A stretch of 64,000 nucleotides of DNA from an uncultured Oscillospiraceae bacterium (GCA_949299455.1 CASGAN010000021.1:2886-66885); one strand, 5' to 3'; counted from the first letter of the stretch, positions 18,500-28,703 are shown. Made by a program: numbers and translations. The notes: a model not told the origin generated them from the sequence alone.

Positions 18500-20677
18500 T
18501 TACAGCAAGATTTCCAACCGATCCCCGCAATACGATATGGTTTTCTGGTATTCGTTGTTTAAGTAAAGCTCGATTGTCTTGTTGCTGTCAAACAGTGCAG
18601 GTTTTCCGCACGGCGATTCGATGGTCAGTCGGTGTTCTGCGTCGTTCCACGACATCGGAATCTGCATGTAATCTCCGTTCTCATAGCGATAGCTGTCGTT
18701 TTCATCCTGATAGTACATCACTTTTGCGTCTGCGCCGGAATACACATACAGTTTGAGGTGTGTTTCATCCTGCTGTGCGGTACATTGCGCCGGCTCTGCC
18801 ATCGGAACGATGCTGCCGCATTTTACAAACACAGGAATGTGCGCAATCGGCGCATCCACAGTCACTGCCTGCCCGCCTTCATATCGTTTTCCGGTATAAA
18901 AATCGAACCAATCTGCGCCGCTTGGCAGATAGACTTCTGCTGTTCGGCGGTTCGGTTCTGTCACAATGTGCACCAAAAGACTGCGGCCAAACAAATACGT
19001 ATCCGAAATATCTTTGACCCGCTCGTCTGTACCAAATTCCATGACAAGCGGACGCATCAGCGTGCTGTCATTTTTGTACACATCGAATGCAGAAGCATAA
19101 ATATATGGCATCAGCGCATACCGCAGACGGCTTGCCGCCAGCTGCGATTCATAATACTCGCTGCCCGGTTCACCGAAAAACCACATTTCACGCGGTGTAT
19201 CTGTACCGTGCGACCGGAACAGCGGGCTGAATGCGCCAAACCAGAACCAGCGGGTGTACAATTCGCGGTATTCCTCATTTTCATTGCCGCCTTCATACGG
19301 ATGCTCCATGAAAGCTGGATGAGACACGAAAAACGCACCGATATCTGTGGTGGAATACGGAATTCCCGACAGACTGAAGCTCAGCAACGAGGAAAGCTGA
19401 CGGCGGAACACCTCCCATGATGCACGAATATCTCCGGTCCATGTCGAAGCGCCGTATGCCTGCTGTCCGGCATAACCGCTTCGTGTGAGAATATACACGC
19501 GTTTCTCGTCCGTTTCGTTACGCTGGTGTTTATAAATATTGCGCGATGTTGCCATTGCATAGTGGTTGAGATAACGGCTATTTTTGCCCAAATAGCAGTC
19601 CGAACAATCCAAAAGCGCCAGAGAACTATCAATTTGAAAAGACGGTTCCGTGGAATCAAGCCACCATGCATCCACACCAAGCGAAAACAAATTGCGGTTC
19701 ATATAGTCCCACACGATATCGGAAGCTTTTGGATTCAGCGGATCATGGACTCTTCCCCAGTTCTCTTCTTCACGATTTGATTTTTCCAAAATACCGTCTG
19801 CTTGTTCGAGTGCTTTGCAGATGTTTGTCTGCGGCCCAAAGCTCGGCCATACCGAGATCATCAGCTTTGCATCCATCTTGTGGATTTCATCAATCATCGC
19901 TTTTGGATCAGGATATTTCTTTGTGTCCCATTCCACTGCATTCCATCCAAGATCGCCCCAATAGTTCCAGTCCTGCACAATGCAATCAAGCGGAATCTGA
20001 CGATTCCTGAATTCGTGCGCAATCGCAAGAACCTCTTCCTGTGTTTTATAATGTTCGCGGCTTTGGAAAAATCCGTATGCCCATTTCGGATACATCGGCG
20101 CTTTTCCGGTTAATGTGCGGTATCCTGCAACCTGCTCTGCAATCGATTCTCCCAAAATCACATAATATGTAAACGTATCGGCATCGTCTGCGAATACATG
20201 AATCTCATTCGGTGTTGTTTCGTCCGTATCATATGTGTCCTGACGCTCTGTCGTACACGGCTTGTCAATGCCGATGCTCATAAACGCGCAGGTGTCAAAC
20301 AGAACGGCATAGCCGCCTGTAGAAACAAAAAACGGCACTGCGGTCGTCATACCGTTGACCTGAAGCATCTGACAGACCGTGTTGCGGCGGTTCAGCGCTT
20401 TCTTTTGATGGATGCCAAGTCCATAGATGCCGTCTGCTTCACCGATCGCAAACCCTTGTGTATAAACAGAATCGCATTCACACAGCACCTCTTTTTGATT
20501 GATCAAAAAATGATAGCGTCCCTGCGCGTCGCAATGACAAGCATATTCCGCACTCGGTTCAAACGAAGCCGCAGGTTCTTTGACAAATAAACTTTCACGC
20601 GCCTGCGCCGTTTGATAAAACCGAGTGATTTTAAAAATATTCGGTGCAATTTGTTTCATTTCATGCTTCTGATTCAT
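18500..20677 (-). CDS. glycoside hydrolase family 31 (alpha-xylosidase/alpha-glucosidase-like)
   Basis: ORF 18500..20779 is trimmed to ATG 20677, preceded by GAAGGAGA. Motifs DWNYWG, AWWLDSTEP and TWTGD. Confidence 0.8.
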   Translation of the reverse strand: MNQKHEMKQIAPNIFKITRFYQTAQARESLFVKEPAASFEPSAEYACHCDAQGRYHFLINQKEVLCECDSVYTQGFAIGEADGIYGLGIHQKKALNRRNTVCQMLQVNGMTTAVPFFVSTGGYAVLFDTCAFMSIGIDKPCTTERQDTYDTDETTPNEIHVFADDADTFTYYVILGESIAEQVAGYRTLTGKAPMYPKWAYGFFQSREHYKTQEEVLAIAHEFRNRQIPLDCIVQDWNYWGDLGWNAVEWDTKKYPDPKAMIDEIHKMDAKLMISVWPSFGPQTNICKALEQADGILEKSNREEENWGRVHDPLNPKASDIVWDYMNRNLFSLGVDAWWLDSTEPSFQIDSSLALLDCSDCYLGKNSRYLNHYAMATSRNIYKHQRNETDEKRVYILTRSGYAGQQAYGASTWTGDIRASWEVFRRQLSSLLSFSLSGIPYSTTDIGAFFVSHPAFMEHPYEGGNENEEYRELYTRWFWFGAFSPLFRSHGTDTPREMWFFGEPGSEYYESQLAASRLRYALMPYIYASAFDVYKNDSTLMRPLVMEFGTDERVKDISDTYLFGRSLLVHIVTEPNRRTAEVYLPSGADWFDFYTGKRYEGGQAVTVDAPIAHIPVFVKCGSIVPMAEPAQCTAQQDETHLKLYVYSGADAKVMYYQDENDSYRYENGDYMQIPMSWNDAEHRLTIESPCGKPALFDSNKTIELYLNNEYQKTISYCGDRLEILL

Positions 20678-20777
20678 ATCAAATGTCTCCTTCTGTCGCC
20701 GTGTTTTTCTTTTATTGTATTTGCAAAATCGCAATCTGTATATTGAATTTATCATCAAGATATCGTAAAATATCACC

Positions 20778-21557
20778 ATGAAGATTCATAACTTTACGAT
20801 TCATCCAATCTATGTGGTCAAAGACTATCTGCGTCCGGAATGGAGCTGGATCTCCAATTCAAACGGATGGACAGGGTTTCATTTGTGGTATATGTTTCAA
20901 AACAGCGTGACAATCAAAACAGAAGAGGAGGAATATATTCTTTCAGAAGGCGATACGTTTTTGTTTGATCTCTCACAAAATCACCACTGCACCCATGATC
21001 CGCAAAAACCGGCTGCGATGTTCACCGCTTATTTTCACTGCGACGAAGAGCAAGAACTGCGCCAAATGCTTCATGACCATCGTTTTCCGAGAAAAAATCA
21101 TCCGTCACACTTGAGTATGAATTTACAGCTGTTTGAAGAGGCAGTGCGCAATAACCATACACAAGAGGAAACACTACCTTGGCTGGCGCCAATTTTTCAT
21201 CAGCTTCTCTCGTTTGACAAAAGCGAACAGCATCCGCACAGCGAAATCGAAAACATTTGCAGCGAAATGGACAGCTGCCCGCACCTTCATTATGATCTGG
21301 ACAGCTTGGCGCAGCGCGCAGGCTACTCGAAAAATCAATTCATCCGGCTGTTTAAACAAGCCACAGGGACAACACCCTATGCCTATTTGATTAACGCGCG
21401 AATTGCAAAAGCAAAACATCTGATGCTGTTTTCCGATTACACCATCACGCAGATCGCACAGCTTCTCGGATATAATGACCTCAACCACTTCTCTGCCCAG
21501 TTTTTAAAGAAAACCGGCTGTTACCCTACCGAATATGTAAAAGAACTTCAAAAATGA
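20778..21557 (+). CDS. AraC family transcriptional regulator (cupin-like N-terminal domain + AraC HTH), divergent from GH31
   Basis: The C-terminal region LAQRAGYSKNQFIRLFKQATGTTPYAYLINARIAKAKHLM...IAQLLGYNDLNHFSAQFLKKTG is a typical AraC-type HTH. Confidence 0.85.
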   Translation: MKIHNFTIHPIYVVKDYLRPEWSWISNSNGWTGFHLWYMFQNSVTIKTEEEEYILSEGDTFLFDLSQNHHCTHDPQKPAAMFTAYFHCDEEQELRQMLHDHRFPRKNHPSHLSMNLQLFEEAVRNNHTQEETLPWLAPIFHQLLSFDKSEQHPHSEIENICSEMDSCPHLHYDLDSLAQRAGYSKNQFIRLFKQATGTTPYAYLINARIAKAKHLMLFSDYTITQIAQLLGYNDLNHFSAQFLKKTGCYPTEYVKELQK

Positions 21558-21620
21558 ATGCAGGGCTGTGTTTTTCGCCATTCGACAAATCAAAATATCG
21601 CCTGACACGCAAAGTTTTGT

Positions 21621-21649
21621 TTGCTTTCAATGTAATGCTATGATATAAT
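21621..21649 (+). promoter_or_regulatory. sigma-A promoter for prfC (TTGCTT-17-TATAAT with TGn extension)
   Basis: TTGCTT at 21621-21626, a 17-nt spacer ending in TGA, then TATAAT at 21644-21649. Confidence 0.6.
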
Positions 21650-21680
21650 AATAACTTATGAGAGTTAAAAAAAGAAAGGA

Positions 21681-23279
21681 TTGAAACCGTTGGCTTCGAT
21701 TTCAGAAGAAATTAAAAGACGGCGAACATTTGCGATTATTTCGCACCCGGACGCAGGTAAAACAACGTTGACGGAAAAGTTTTTGTTATATGGCGGTGCG
21801 ATTCAGCTTGCAGGATCGGTAAAAGGCAAAAAAACAGCCAAACACGCCGTTTCCGACTGGATGGAAATTGAAAAGCAAAGAGGTATTTCGGTCACTTCTT
21901 CTGTACTTCAGTTTCAATATGAGGGATACTGCATCAATATTCTCGATACCCCAGGTCACCAGGACTTCTCGGAGGATACGTACCGCACATTGATGGCGGC
22001 AGACTCTGCTGTCATGGTCATCGACGCTTCCAAAGGCGTTGAGAACCAGACACGCAAGCTGTTTAAAGTCTGCACAATGCGCAATATCCCGATCTTTACG
22101 TTTATCAATAAAATGGACCGCGAATCCCGCAATCCATATGATCTGCTTGAAGAAATCGAGCAGGAACTCGGTATCGACACCTATCCCGTGAACTGGCCGA
22201 TCGGCTCGGGCCGTGATTTTAAAGGTGTGTTTGACCGTAAATCGCAGCAAATTGTTGCATTCACAGCAAACAACGGTCAGCGTGAAGTCGAGGCAACTGC
22301 ACTGACGCTTGATGCGCCGGACTTAAAAGACCGGCTCGGCGAAGAGCTTTATCAGACATTACAGGATGATGTGGAACTGATCGAAGGCGCTGGCGCTGAT
22401 TTTGACCAATCCCGCATTGATTCCGGAAAACTGACGCCTGTATTTTTCGGTTCGGCGCTGACCAACTTCGGCGTGGAACCGTTTTTGGAGGATTTTCTGC
22501 GCATGACAACGTCGCCGCTTCCGCGAAAAGCAGACATCGGCGAGATTGATCCGTTTTCCGAGGATTTCTCCGCGTTTGTCTTTAAAATTCAGGCAAACAT
22601 GAACAAGGCACACCGCGACCGTATCGCATTCATGCGTATTTGTTCCGGTAAATTTGAAAAAGGAATGGATGTGCTGCATGTACAGGGCGAAAAGAAAATG
22701 AAGCTTTCACAGCCGCAGCAAATGATGGCACAGGAACGCGAAATCGTCGACGAAGCATATGCCGGCGATATCATCGGTGTATTCGATCCGGGTATTTTTT
22801 CAATCGGTGATACCGTTTGCTCGCCGAGTGCAAAAATGCAGTTTGAAGGCATTCCAACCTTTGCGCCGGAGCATTTTGCGATTGTCGAACAGAAAGATAC
22901 GTTAAAACGCAAACAGTTTATCAAAGGTACTTCCCAGATTGCGCAGGAAGGTGCAATCCAGATTTTCCAAGAGCTTGACTCCGGCGGCATGGAACGCGTT
23001 ATCGTGGGCGTTGTCGGTGTACTTCAGTTCGAAGTGCTTGAATACCGCTTAAAAAACGAATATAACGTTGAAATTCGTCAGCAGGGTCTTCCCTACCAGT
23101 TCATCCGTTGGATTGCCAACAAAGATCTTGATCCAAAATCACTGAATCTCACGTCCGATACAAAACGGATTCAGGATTTAAAAGGCAACAATCTGCTGTT
23201 GTTTTCGAATTCATGGGGAATTCAGTGGGCACTTGATCACAATCCGACGCTTGAGCTTCAGGAATTCAGCAAAAACTGA
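21681..23279 (+). CDS. prfC: peptide chain release factor 3 (translational GTPase)
   Basis: RRTFAIISHPDAGKTTLTEK, DTPGHQDF and NKMD G-motifs. TTG start as given in the ORF track. Confidence 0.9.
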   Translation: MKPLASISEEIKRRRTFAIISHPDAGKTTLTEKFLLYGGAIQLAGSVKGKKTAKHAVSDWMEIEKQRGISVTSSVLQFQYEGYCINILDTPGHQDFSEDTYRTLMAADSAVMVIDASKGVENQTRKLFKVCTMRNIPIFTFINKMDRESRNPYDLLEEIEQELGIDTYPVNWPIGSGRDFKGVFDRKSQQIVAFTANNGQREVEATALTLDAPDLKDRLGEELYQTLQDDVELIEGAGADFDQSRIDSGKLTPVFFGSALTNFGVEPFLEDFLRMTTSPLPRKADIGEIDPFSEDFSAFVFKIQANMNKAHRDRIAFMRICSGKFEKGMDVLHVQGEKKMKLSQPQQMMAQEREIVDEAYAGDIIGVFDPGIFSIGDTVCSPSAKMQFEGIPTFAPEHFAIVEQKDTLKRKQFIKGTSQIAQEGAIQIFQELDSGGMERVIVGVVGVLQFEVLEYRLKNEYNVEIRQQGLPYQFIRWIANKDLDPKSLNLTSDTKRIQDLKGNNLLLFSNSWGIQWALDHNPTLELQEFSKN

Positions 23280-23302
23280 TCTATTATTTTACCAGACAAA
23301 AA

Positions 23303-23336
23303 GAAGTCTTTTCCGTATGGAAAAGACTTCTTTTTT
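23303..23336 (+). terminator. rho-independent terminator after prfC
   Basis: A 12-bp stem GAAGTCTTTTCC / GGAAAAGACTTC with loop GTAT is followed by TTTTTT. Confidence 0.85.
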
Positions 23337-23356
23337 GATTCTTCTTTAAAAATGAA

Positions 23357-23393
23357 AATAAAAAACCTGCGGTCGCGAATGGCTGACCGCAGG
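23357..23393 (-). terminator. rho-independent terminator downstream of tRNA-Arg
   Basis: A 9-bp stem CCTGCGGTC / GACCGCAGG. On the minus strand it is followed by TTTTTATTTT. Confidence 0.75.
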
Positions 23394-23395
23394 TT

Positions 23396-23472
23396 TGGTA
23401 CGCCCGATGCGATTCGAACGCACGACCTTCAGAGTCGGAGTCTGACACTCTATCCAGCTGAGCTACGGGCGC
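23396..23472 (-). tRNA. tRNA-Arg (anticodon CCG), CCA encoded
   Basis: The reverse complement GCGCCCGTAGCTCAGCTGGATAGAGTGTCAGACTCCGACTCTGAAGGTCGTGCGTTCGAATCGCATCGGGCGTACCA folds by hand into a cloverleaf. It has a 7-bp acceptor stem (G1-U72), a D arm, the anticodon stem UCAGA/UCUGA with loop CUCCGAC, and the T loop UUCGAAU. Confidence 0.95.
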
Positions 23473-23497
23473 ATATCCAAAGATTTGTAACATGAAT

Positions 23498-23526
23498 ATT
23501 ATATCAGTTTCCAACACAAAAAGCAA
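23498..23526 (-). promoter_or_regulatory. sigma-A promoter for tRNA-Arg (TTGCTT-17-TATAAT, TGn extended)
   Basis: Minus strand: TTGCTT (23526-23521), a 17-nt spacer ending in TGA, then TATAAT (23503-23498), about 25 nt upstream of the tRNA 5' end. Confidence 0.6.
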
Positions 23527-23558
23527 GTCTGAATTTCGAAAAAACAAAATTTATCATA

Positions 23559-23599
23559 CAAAAAAGCTTGTCATTCACAATGAATGACAAGCTTTTTTG
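23559..23599 (-). terminator. bidirectional rho-independent terminator after secF
   Basis: A 14-bp stem AAGCTTGTCATTCA / TGAATGACAAGCTT is flanked by an A-run and a T-run. Confidence 0.8.
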
Positions 23600-23625
23600 A
23601 TGAAAGCAAATGATACAATCAATAC

Positions 23626-24576
23626 TTACCGTACCGATTTTGCAAATGTTTTTTTCGGTGTACGTTTTGCTTTGTGATCCTGCCAGATTGTCCAAAGCGG
23701 GCAAGCGACAAAGATTGTTGAATATGTACCCGAAATCATACCGATCAAAAGCGGGAATGCAAAACTCAAAATCGATTCGACATGGCAAACAACTGCAACG
23801 ATACAAATCACTGCGATTGCTGCAATGGTTGTCAATGTGGTGTTGATTGTTCTCGAAAGCGTTTCGCCGATACTGCGGTTTACGAGTACTGTACGGCTTA
23901 AATCGCTGTACAGACGCTGATTTTCACGCATTCTGTCGTAGATGATGATCGTATCGTTGATGGAATAACCGAGAATGGTCAAAATAACTGCAACGAAATT
24001 GAAGTCGAGCGGAAAGCGGAAGATGACAAACACACCAAACGCAACAATTGCGTCGTGCAATAATGCCATCAGCGCCATCACGCCTGCCGACCAACCGCTG
24101 ATTCTCTTAAAGCGGAATGCGACATAAATAACGATCAGTACTGCTGCCAGTGCAATTGCCACAAGGCTCTTTGCAAAGAATTCCATACCGATAATCGGGT
24201 CAACGGTCGAGTTCGAAAGCAGTTTTACATCATTATCTGCAAACTTCTTGGTGATCTCATCCGTCAGTTTGCCCTGTGCATCTGCGGAGATGTCCTCTTT
24301 TTCATTCAATACGATTTCAAAGCTGTCGAGATTGTTGACACCTTTTTTGGTGTTGACAGAAACGCTTTTTTGAAGTGTAGTCTCTGCTGTCTCTTTTACT
24401 GCTGCTTCATCAATTGTTCCTGTGTATGTATACGTTACAAGTGTACCGCCGGAGAACTGAATGTTGAGCAGTACGCCGAAGACCAGTGCACATGCAATAA
24501 TCAATCCCATCAGAATTGCGGAAGCAGTCAATGTATATTTTTTGATTCCGAGGAAGTCAAAGCTTTTCAAATTCAT
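23626..24576 (-). CDS. secF: protein translocase subunit SecF
   Basis: 316 aa, multi-TM, immediately downstream of and overlapping secD. Carries the typical SecF C-terminal TM bundle. Confidence 0.9.
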   Translation of the reverse strand: MNLKSFDFLGIKKYTLTASAILMGLIIACALVFGVLLNIQFSGGTLVTYTYTGTIDEAAVKETAETTLQKSVSVNTKKGVNNLDSFEIVLNEKEDISADAQGKLTDEITKKFADNDVKLLSNSTVDPIIGMEFFAKSLVAIALAAVLIVIYVAFRFKRISGWSAGVMALMALLHDAIVAFGVFVIFRFPLDFNFVAVILTILGYSINDTIIIYDRMRENQRLYSDLSRTVLVNRSIGETLSRTINTTLTTIAAIAVICIVAVVCHVESILSFAFPLLIGMISGTYSTIFVACPLWTIWQDHKAKRTPKKTFAKSVR

Positions 24577-25979
24577 TTCGCAAGTCCTCCTCCATAAAGT
24601 GCAGGTTTTCTAAACCATTTGAAACGCGAAAGCGATTTGGTCATCAAACGGGTTGCCAATACGCCGAACACAAAGTTCAGCACAACGCCGACAAGAAGTG
24701 TATAACCGAACGAGAACACAGAACCCTCTGTTGCAAAGCCAAAGAAGCCAAACACCGGTGAAAGAATCTGCGCAAAGAAGTTATCGGACGAACCAAATGC
24801 ACCCATCAAAATAACTGCAACGATAACGTTTGTGATGTTGCCGTCAAAAATTGCTGTGAAGCCGCGTTCAAAACCGGCATTGACTGCACCATCGATCGAT
24901 TTGCCGTTGCGAAGCTCTTCTTTGATGCGCTCTGCGGTGATCACGTTTGCGTCAACGCCCATACCGATTGCAAGGATGATACCTGCAATACCTGGAATGG
25001 TCATCGTGAAGCTGTTGATACCCGGAATGAAGCCGGAAATTGCAGCGATCATACCGCCAACCTGACCGAGCAGTGCGATGCTGATGATAACGCCCTGTAC
25101 ACGGTACATCACGATCATGAACACACAGATCAGCACGAATGCGATCGCACCTGCCAGTGTCATTGCGGACAATGCGCCCTGACCGAGTGTCGGTGTAATG
25201 GTACTGTATGTTTCGGTTTCCAGTTTGAACGGAAGATTGCCGGCATTGATTTTGTTTGCAAGGCTTTCTACATCTTCCCTTGTAAAGCTGCCGCCGCTTG
25301 TGATGATTGCTTTGCCATCGGTAATAGCAGCGTTGACCGTCGCATTCGACACCATTGTGTTATCCATCCAGATCGAGATGGTATTGCTTGTGCCGACCAT
25401 GCTGCCGGTTGCATCTGCAAAAATCTTTGCAGCTTCATCGTCAAGCTCGAGGCTTACGAAATATTCATTGCTTCCGCCGTCTGTAACCGGTCCGTAAAGC
25501 GCTTCTGCTTTATTGACATGACCGCCTTCGAACAACACCTCGCCGGTCGGTACGCCTTCTTCATCAGTTTCTGCACCTTTACGGAATGTGAGCAATGCGG
25601 TCTCACCGAGCTCTGCGATTGCAGCTTCCGGATCAAACGACTCCTCGCCCTCTTTCCACGGGAAGCGAACGATGATGCGGTCTTTCTGAACGTCAGTGTA
25701 CACTTCATAGTCTGTGATGTTGAGCGACACCATACGCTGTTTTAATGTTTCGGTAGCAGCATTCATCTGCTCTTCGGTTGCGTCTATGCCTTCTGATGGC
25801 GTAAACGTGACATCGACGCCGCCGCGAATGTCAATACCCCAACGGATATCACCTGCACCTTTTACATAGGTCGTTGTTTTATCGCCGTATGTTGTGTGCA
25901 AGCCGGTGAAAGCCAGCGTGGTAAAGACAAAGATGAAAGCAGCAACGATAAAAAATATTGGTTTTCCAATACGTTTCAT
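24573..25979 (-). CDS. secD: protein translocase subunit SecD
   Basis: 468 aa with an N-terminal TM, a large periplasmic-type domain and a C-terminal 5-TM bundle (GIAGIILAIGMGVDANVI). Confidence 0.9.
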   Translation of the reverse strand: MKRIGKPIFFIVAAFIFVFTTLAFTGLHTTYGDKTTTYVKGAGDIRWGIDIRGGVDVTFTPSEGIDATEEQMNAATETLKQRMVSLNITDYEVYTDVQKDRIIVRFPWKEGEESFDPEAAIAELGETALLTFRKGAETDEEGVPTGEVLFEGGHVNKAEALYGPVTDGGSNEYFVSLELDDEAAKIFADATGSMVGTSNTISIWMDNTMVSNATVNAAITDGKAIITSGGSFTREDVESLANKINAGNLPFKLETETYSTITPTLGQGALSAMTLAGAIAFVLICVFMIVMYRVQGVIISIALLGQVGGMIAAISGFIPGINSFTMTIPGIAGIILAIGMGVDANVITAERIKEELRNGKSIDGAVNAGFERGFTAIFDGNITNVIVAVILMGAFGSSDNFFAQILSPVFGFFGFATEGSVFSFGYTLLVGVVLNFVFGVLATRLMTKSLSRFKWFRKPALYGGGLAK

Positions 25980-26063
25980 GGGACTGAATCTCCTTTGTAC
26001 TGTTGTTGATGCGGGACCCCGGATTTTTCATACTAAGAATCCCGAATCACACTCACGTCGTTT

Positions 26064-26092
26064 ATTATACGACAGTATTATCCAAAAGTCAA
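26064..26092 (-). promoter_or_regulatory. sigma-A promoter for secDF (TTGACT-17-TATAAT)
   Basis: Minus strand: TTGACT (26092-26087), a 17-nt spacer, then TATAAT (26069-26064). Confidence 0.6.
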
Positions 26093-26098
26093 CAGAGT

Positions 26099-27529
26099 TT
26101 ACACGCTCAGTTCAGCATTTTCACCTAAAATTTCGCGATTCGCTTCTTCAATTGGACGAACACATGTATTCAAGAAAATGGTAACCTGCTCTGCACTGCG
26201 TCCGGTGAAGTTCTCCGGCACGAGAATCGAATCAATTTCATCATGCGACAGCATAAATGCCGGATCTGCACAGACGCGGTCAATCAGATCGTTTTCGCCG
26301 CCCTCTTCTTTGACCACTTTGCCTGCTGCAATCGAGTGCATACGCAGACGCTCGTGCAGTTCCTGGCGGTCGCCGCCTTTTTTGACTGCTTCCATCATAA
26401 TGTTCTCCGTTGCCATGAACGGAAGCTCTTTGAGCACGCGCTGACGGACCACTTTCGGATACACAACAAGACCGTCGCAGACATTCAAAAGGATATTGAG
26501 AATCGAATCAACTGCTAAGAATGCCTCTGCAACCGAAATACGTTTGTTTGCACTGTCGTCGAGTGTACGCTCAAACCACTGGGTACCTGCGGTAAACGCC
26601 GGGTTCAAGCTGTCGATCATGACGTAACGCGCCAGTGCGGTCACACGCTCGCAGCGCATCGGATTGCGTTTATACGGCATTGCCGAAGAACCGATCTGAT
26701 TTTTCTCAAACGGCTCTTCCATCTCTTTGAAGTTCTGCAAAATACGCATATCGTTCGAGAATTTGCTTGCGGACTGCGCGATACCGCTCAGCACAGCGAG
26801 CACCTGCGAATCCATTTTTCTCGAATAGGTCTGGCCGGAAACCGGAACCACCGAAGAGAATCCCATTTCCTCCGCGATCATCTGCTCGAGTTCGTCGATT
26901 TTTTTGCTGTCGCCGTCAAACAGATCAAGGAAGCTTGCCTGTGTACCGGTGGTGCCTTTGGAACCAAGCAGTTTGAGTGTCGAAACACGGTAGTCAAGGT
27001 CCTCAAGATCCATGAGCAGTTCGTTGATCCAAAGGGTTGCACGTTTGCCAACGGTGGTCAGCTGTGCCGGCTGCAAATGCGTGTATGCGAGTGCCGGCAT
27101 CGATTTGTATTCGTCTGCGAACTTCGCAAGCAGATGAATGACGTTGATGAGCTTTCTGCGGACAACCTGCAGCGCTTCTTTCATAATAATAACGTCAGTA
27201 TTGTCACCGACATAGCAGGAAGTTGCACCCAGATGGATGATTCCTTTTGCGTTCGGGCACTGCACACCGTATGCATATACATGAGACATAACGTCGTGAC
27301 GGACCTGTTTTTCACGTGCCTGTGCCACATCGTAGTTGATGTCGTCCAAATGGGACTCAAGTTCTTCGACCTGCTCCTGTGTAACCGGCAGACCGAGTTT
27401 CATCTCTGCACGGGCAAGCGCCACCCACAGCCGGCGCCATGTTTTGAATTTTTTATCTGCGGAAAACAGATACTGCATTTCATCGCTGGCGTATCGGGTG
27501 CTGAATGGACTTTCATAAGCGTTTTTCAT
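26099..27529 (-). CDS. purB: adenylosuccinate lyase
   Basis: ORF 26099..27550 is trimmed to ATG 27529, preceded by GGAGG. Product begins MKNAYESPFSTRYAS and carries the fumarate-lyase signature GSSAMPYKRNP. Confidence 0.9.
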   Translation of the reverse strand: MKNAYESPFSTRYASDEMQYLFSADKKFKTWRRLWVALARAEMKLGLPVTQEQVEELESHLDDINYDVAQAREKQVRHDVMSHVYAYGVQCPNAKGIIHLGATSCYVGDNTDVIIMKEALQVVRRKLINVIHLLAKFADEYKSMPALAYTHLQPAQLTTVGKRATLWINELLMDLEDLDYRVSTLKLLGSKGTTGTQASFLDLFDGDSKKIDELEQMIAEEMGFSSVVPVSGQTYSRKMDSQVLAVLSGIAQSASKFSNDMRILQNFKEMEEPFEKNQIGSSAMPYKRNPMRCERVTALARYVMIDSLNPAFTAGTQWFERTLDDSANKRISVAEAFLAVDSILNILLNVCDGLVVYPKVVRQRVLKELPFMATENIMMEAVKKGGDRQELHERLRMHSIAAGKVVKEEGGENDLIDRVCADPAFMLSHDEIDSILVPENFTGRSAEQVTIFLNTCVRPIEEANREILGENAELSV

Positions 27530-27613
27530 GAATAAAACCTCCTGCAACATCTCAATTCTTATATATTACCATATTATACGGACTTCGACAAGGGATTACG
27601 ATTTGTTTTCTTG

Positions 27614-28501
27614 TCATTTCAAAAAATTCGACACTTCTTCTGCAGTCGGAATCGACGGCGCAGCGCCTTTTTGGCTGACAGCCAGCGCCGATGCAGCCGA
27701 CGCCGTCCGCAGTGCAGCCGAAAGTGTTTCACCCGACGCAATCGCATGAAGAAAATAGCCGGTAAACGTATCGCCGGCACCTGTGGTATCCACCACATCT
27801 ACCGGAAAGATCGGATGGCTCGCCTTTTGTTTGCGGTCATACGCACATGCGCCGTTTGTTCCGAGTGTGAGCACCACGCGGCAGTCCGGATAGCGCGTAC
27901 AGATTCCTGCAATGATCGCATCCGGCGTATCGGTGCGTGCAATCGCGGCGCCTTCAATCTCATTGACAAAAAACCAGTCGACATACGAAAGCGGATACTG
28001 CATAACCGAGGCATTAAACGGTGACGGATTGAACACAACCGTCATTCCGCGTGTGTGTGCCTGTTCCATTAAATAGCCGATCTCATTGATCTCATTCTGC
28101 AGAAGAAGCCAATCCCCTTCTCCAAACTGCGAAAGCACCGCGTCGATCTGCTCGCGTGCAGCGCATTGATTCGCTCCGCCAAACAAAATGATACAGTTTT
28201 GCCCGGTACGCTCCTCCACTTGGATAATCGCGCGTCCTGTCGGTGTATTAACGGTCTGCACAAATTCTGTGTGGACACCGGACTCAGTGAGCAGTTCCTT
28301 TAAAAACGCACCGTCCTCACCTATCATGCCTGCATGATACACCTCGGCACCTGCACGAGCAAGTGCAATCGATTGATTGAGTCCCTTTCCGCCGGAAAAC
28401 CGCTCATAAGAAATCGGTTTGATCGTTTCTCCCGGTTTGACAAAATGAGAAACCGTATAGACATCATCAATATTCATCGAACCAAAATTCAAAATCTTCA
28501 T
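27614..28501 (-). CDS. rbsK: ribokinase (PfkB family)
   Basis: ORF 27614..28618 is trimmed to ATG 28501, preceded by AAGGAGG. Product begins MKILNFGSMNIDDVY, with GGKGLNQS and the C-terminal DTTGAGDTFTG motif. Confidence 0.85.
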   Translation of the reverse strand: MKILNFGSMNIDDVYTVSHFVKPGETIKPISYERFSGGKGLNQSIALARAGAEVYHAGMIGEDGAFLKELLTESGVHTEFVQTVNTPTGRAIIQVEERTGQNCIILFGGANQCAAREQIDAVLSQFGEGDWLLLQNEINEIGYLMEQAHTRGMTVVFNPSPFNASVMQYPLSYVDWFFVNEIEGAAIARTDTPDAIIAGICTRYPDCRVVLTLGTNGACAYDRKQKASHPIFPVDVVDTTGAGDTFTGYFLHAIASGETLSAALRTASAASALAVSQKGAAPSIPTAEEVSNFLK

Positions 28502-28571
28502 GTCATTCGCCTCCTTTTTCGACAAGAAAAACCACCGCAGACGCAGTGGTTTTCTCTTTATCCTATTCAGT

Positions 28572-28703
28572 TTATTCAATTTCCTGCGTCGAAATATAAT
28601 TTTCTCCGCATTGGTCATACAGAAAATCGATCAGAATTTTCACCAAAACTGCAATTGCAGCAGTGACTGTAAGCACACCGGCCAATTTGGCAAGAAACTT
28701 CAT
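28572..28703 (-). CDS. 43-aa single-pass hydrophobic peptide (not in the ORF track, below its size cutoff)
   Basis: ATG 28703 lies 8 nt after AAGGAG. My own translation gives MKFLAKLAGVLTVTAAIAVLVKILIDFLYDQCGENYISTQEIE, with stop TAA at 28574-28572. Confidence 0.45.
   Translation of the reverse strand: MKFLAKLAGVLTVTAAIAVLVKILIDFLYDQCGENYISTQEIE

Noticed and set aside
23284-23547. 87-aa minus-strand ORF
   Set aside because: It overlaps the tRNA-Arg gene and its promoter and terminator, so it is not coding.
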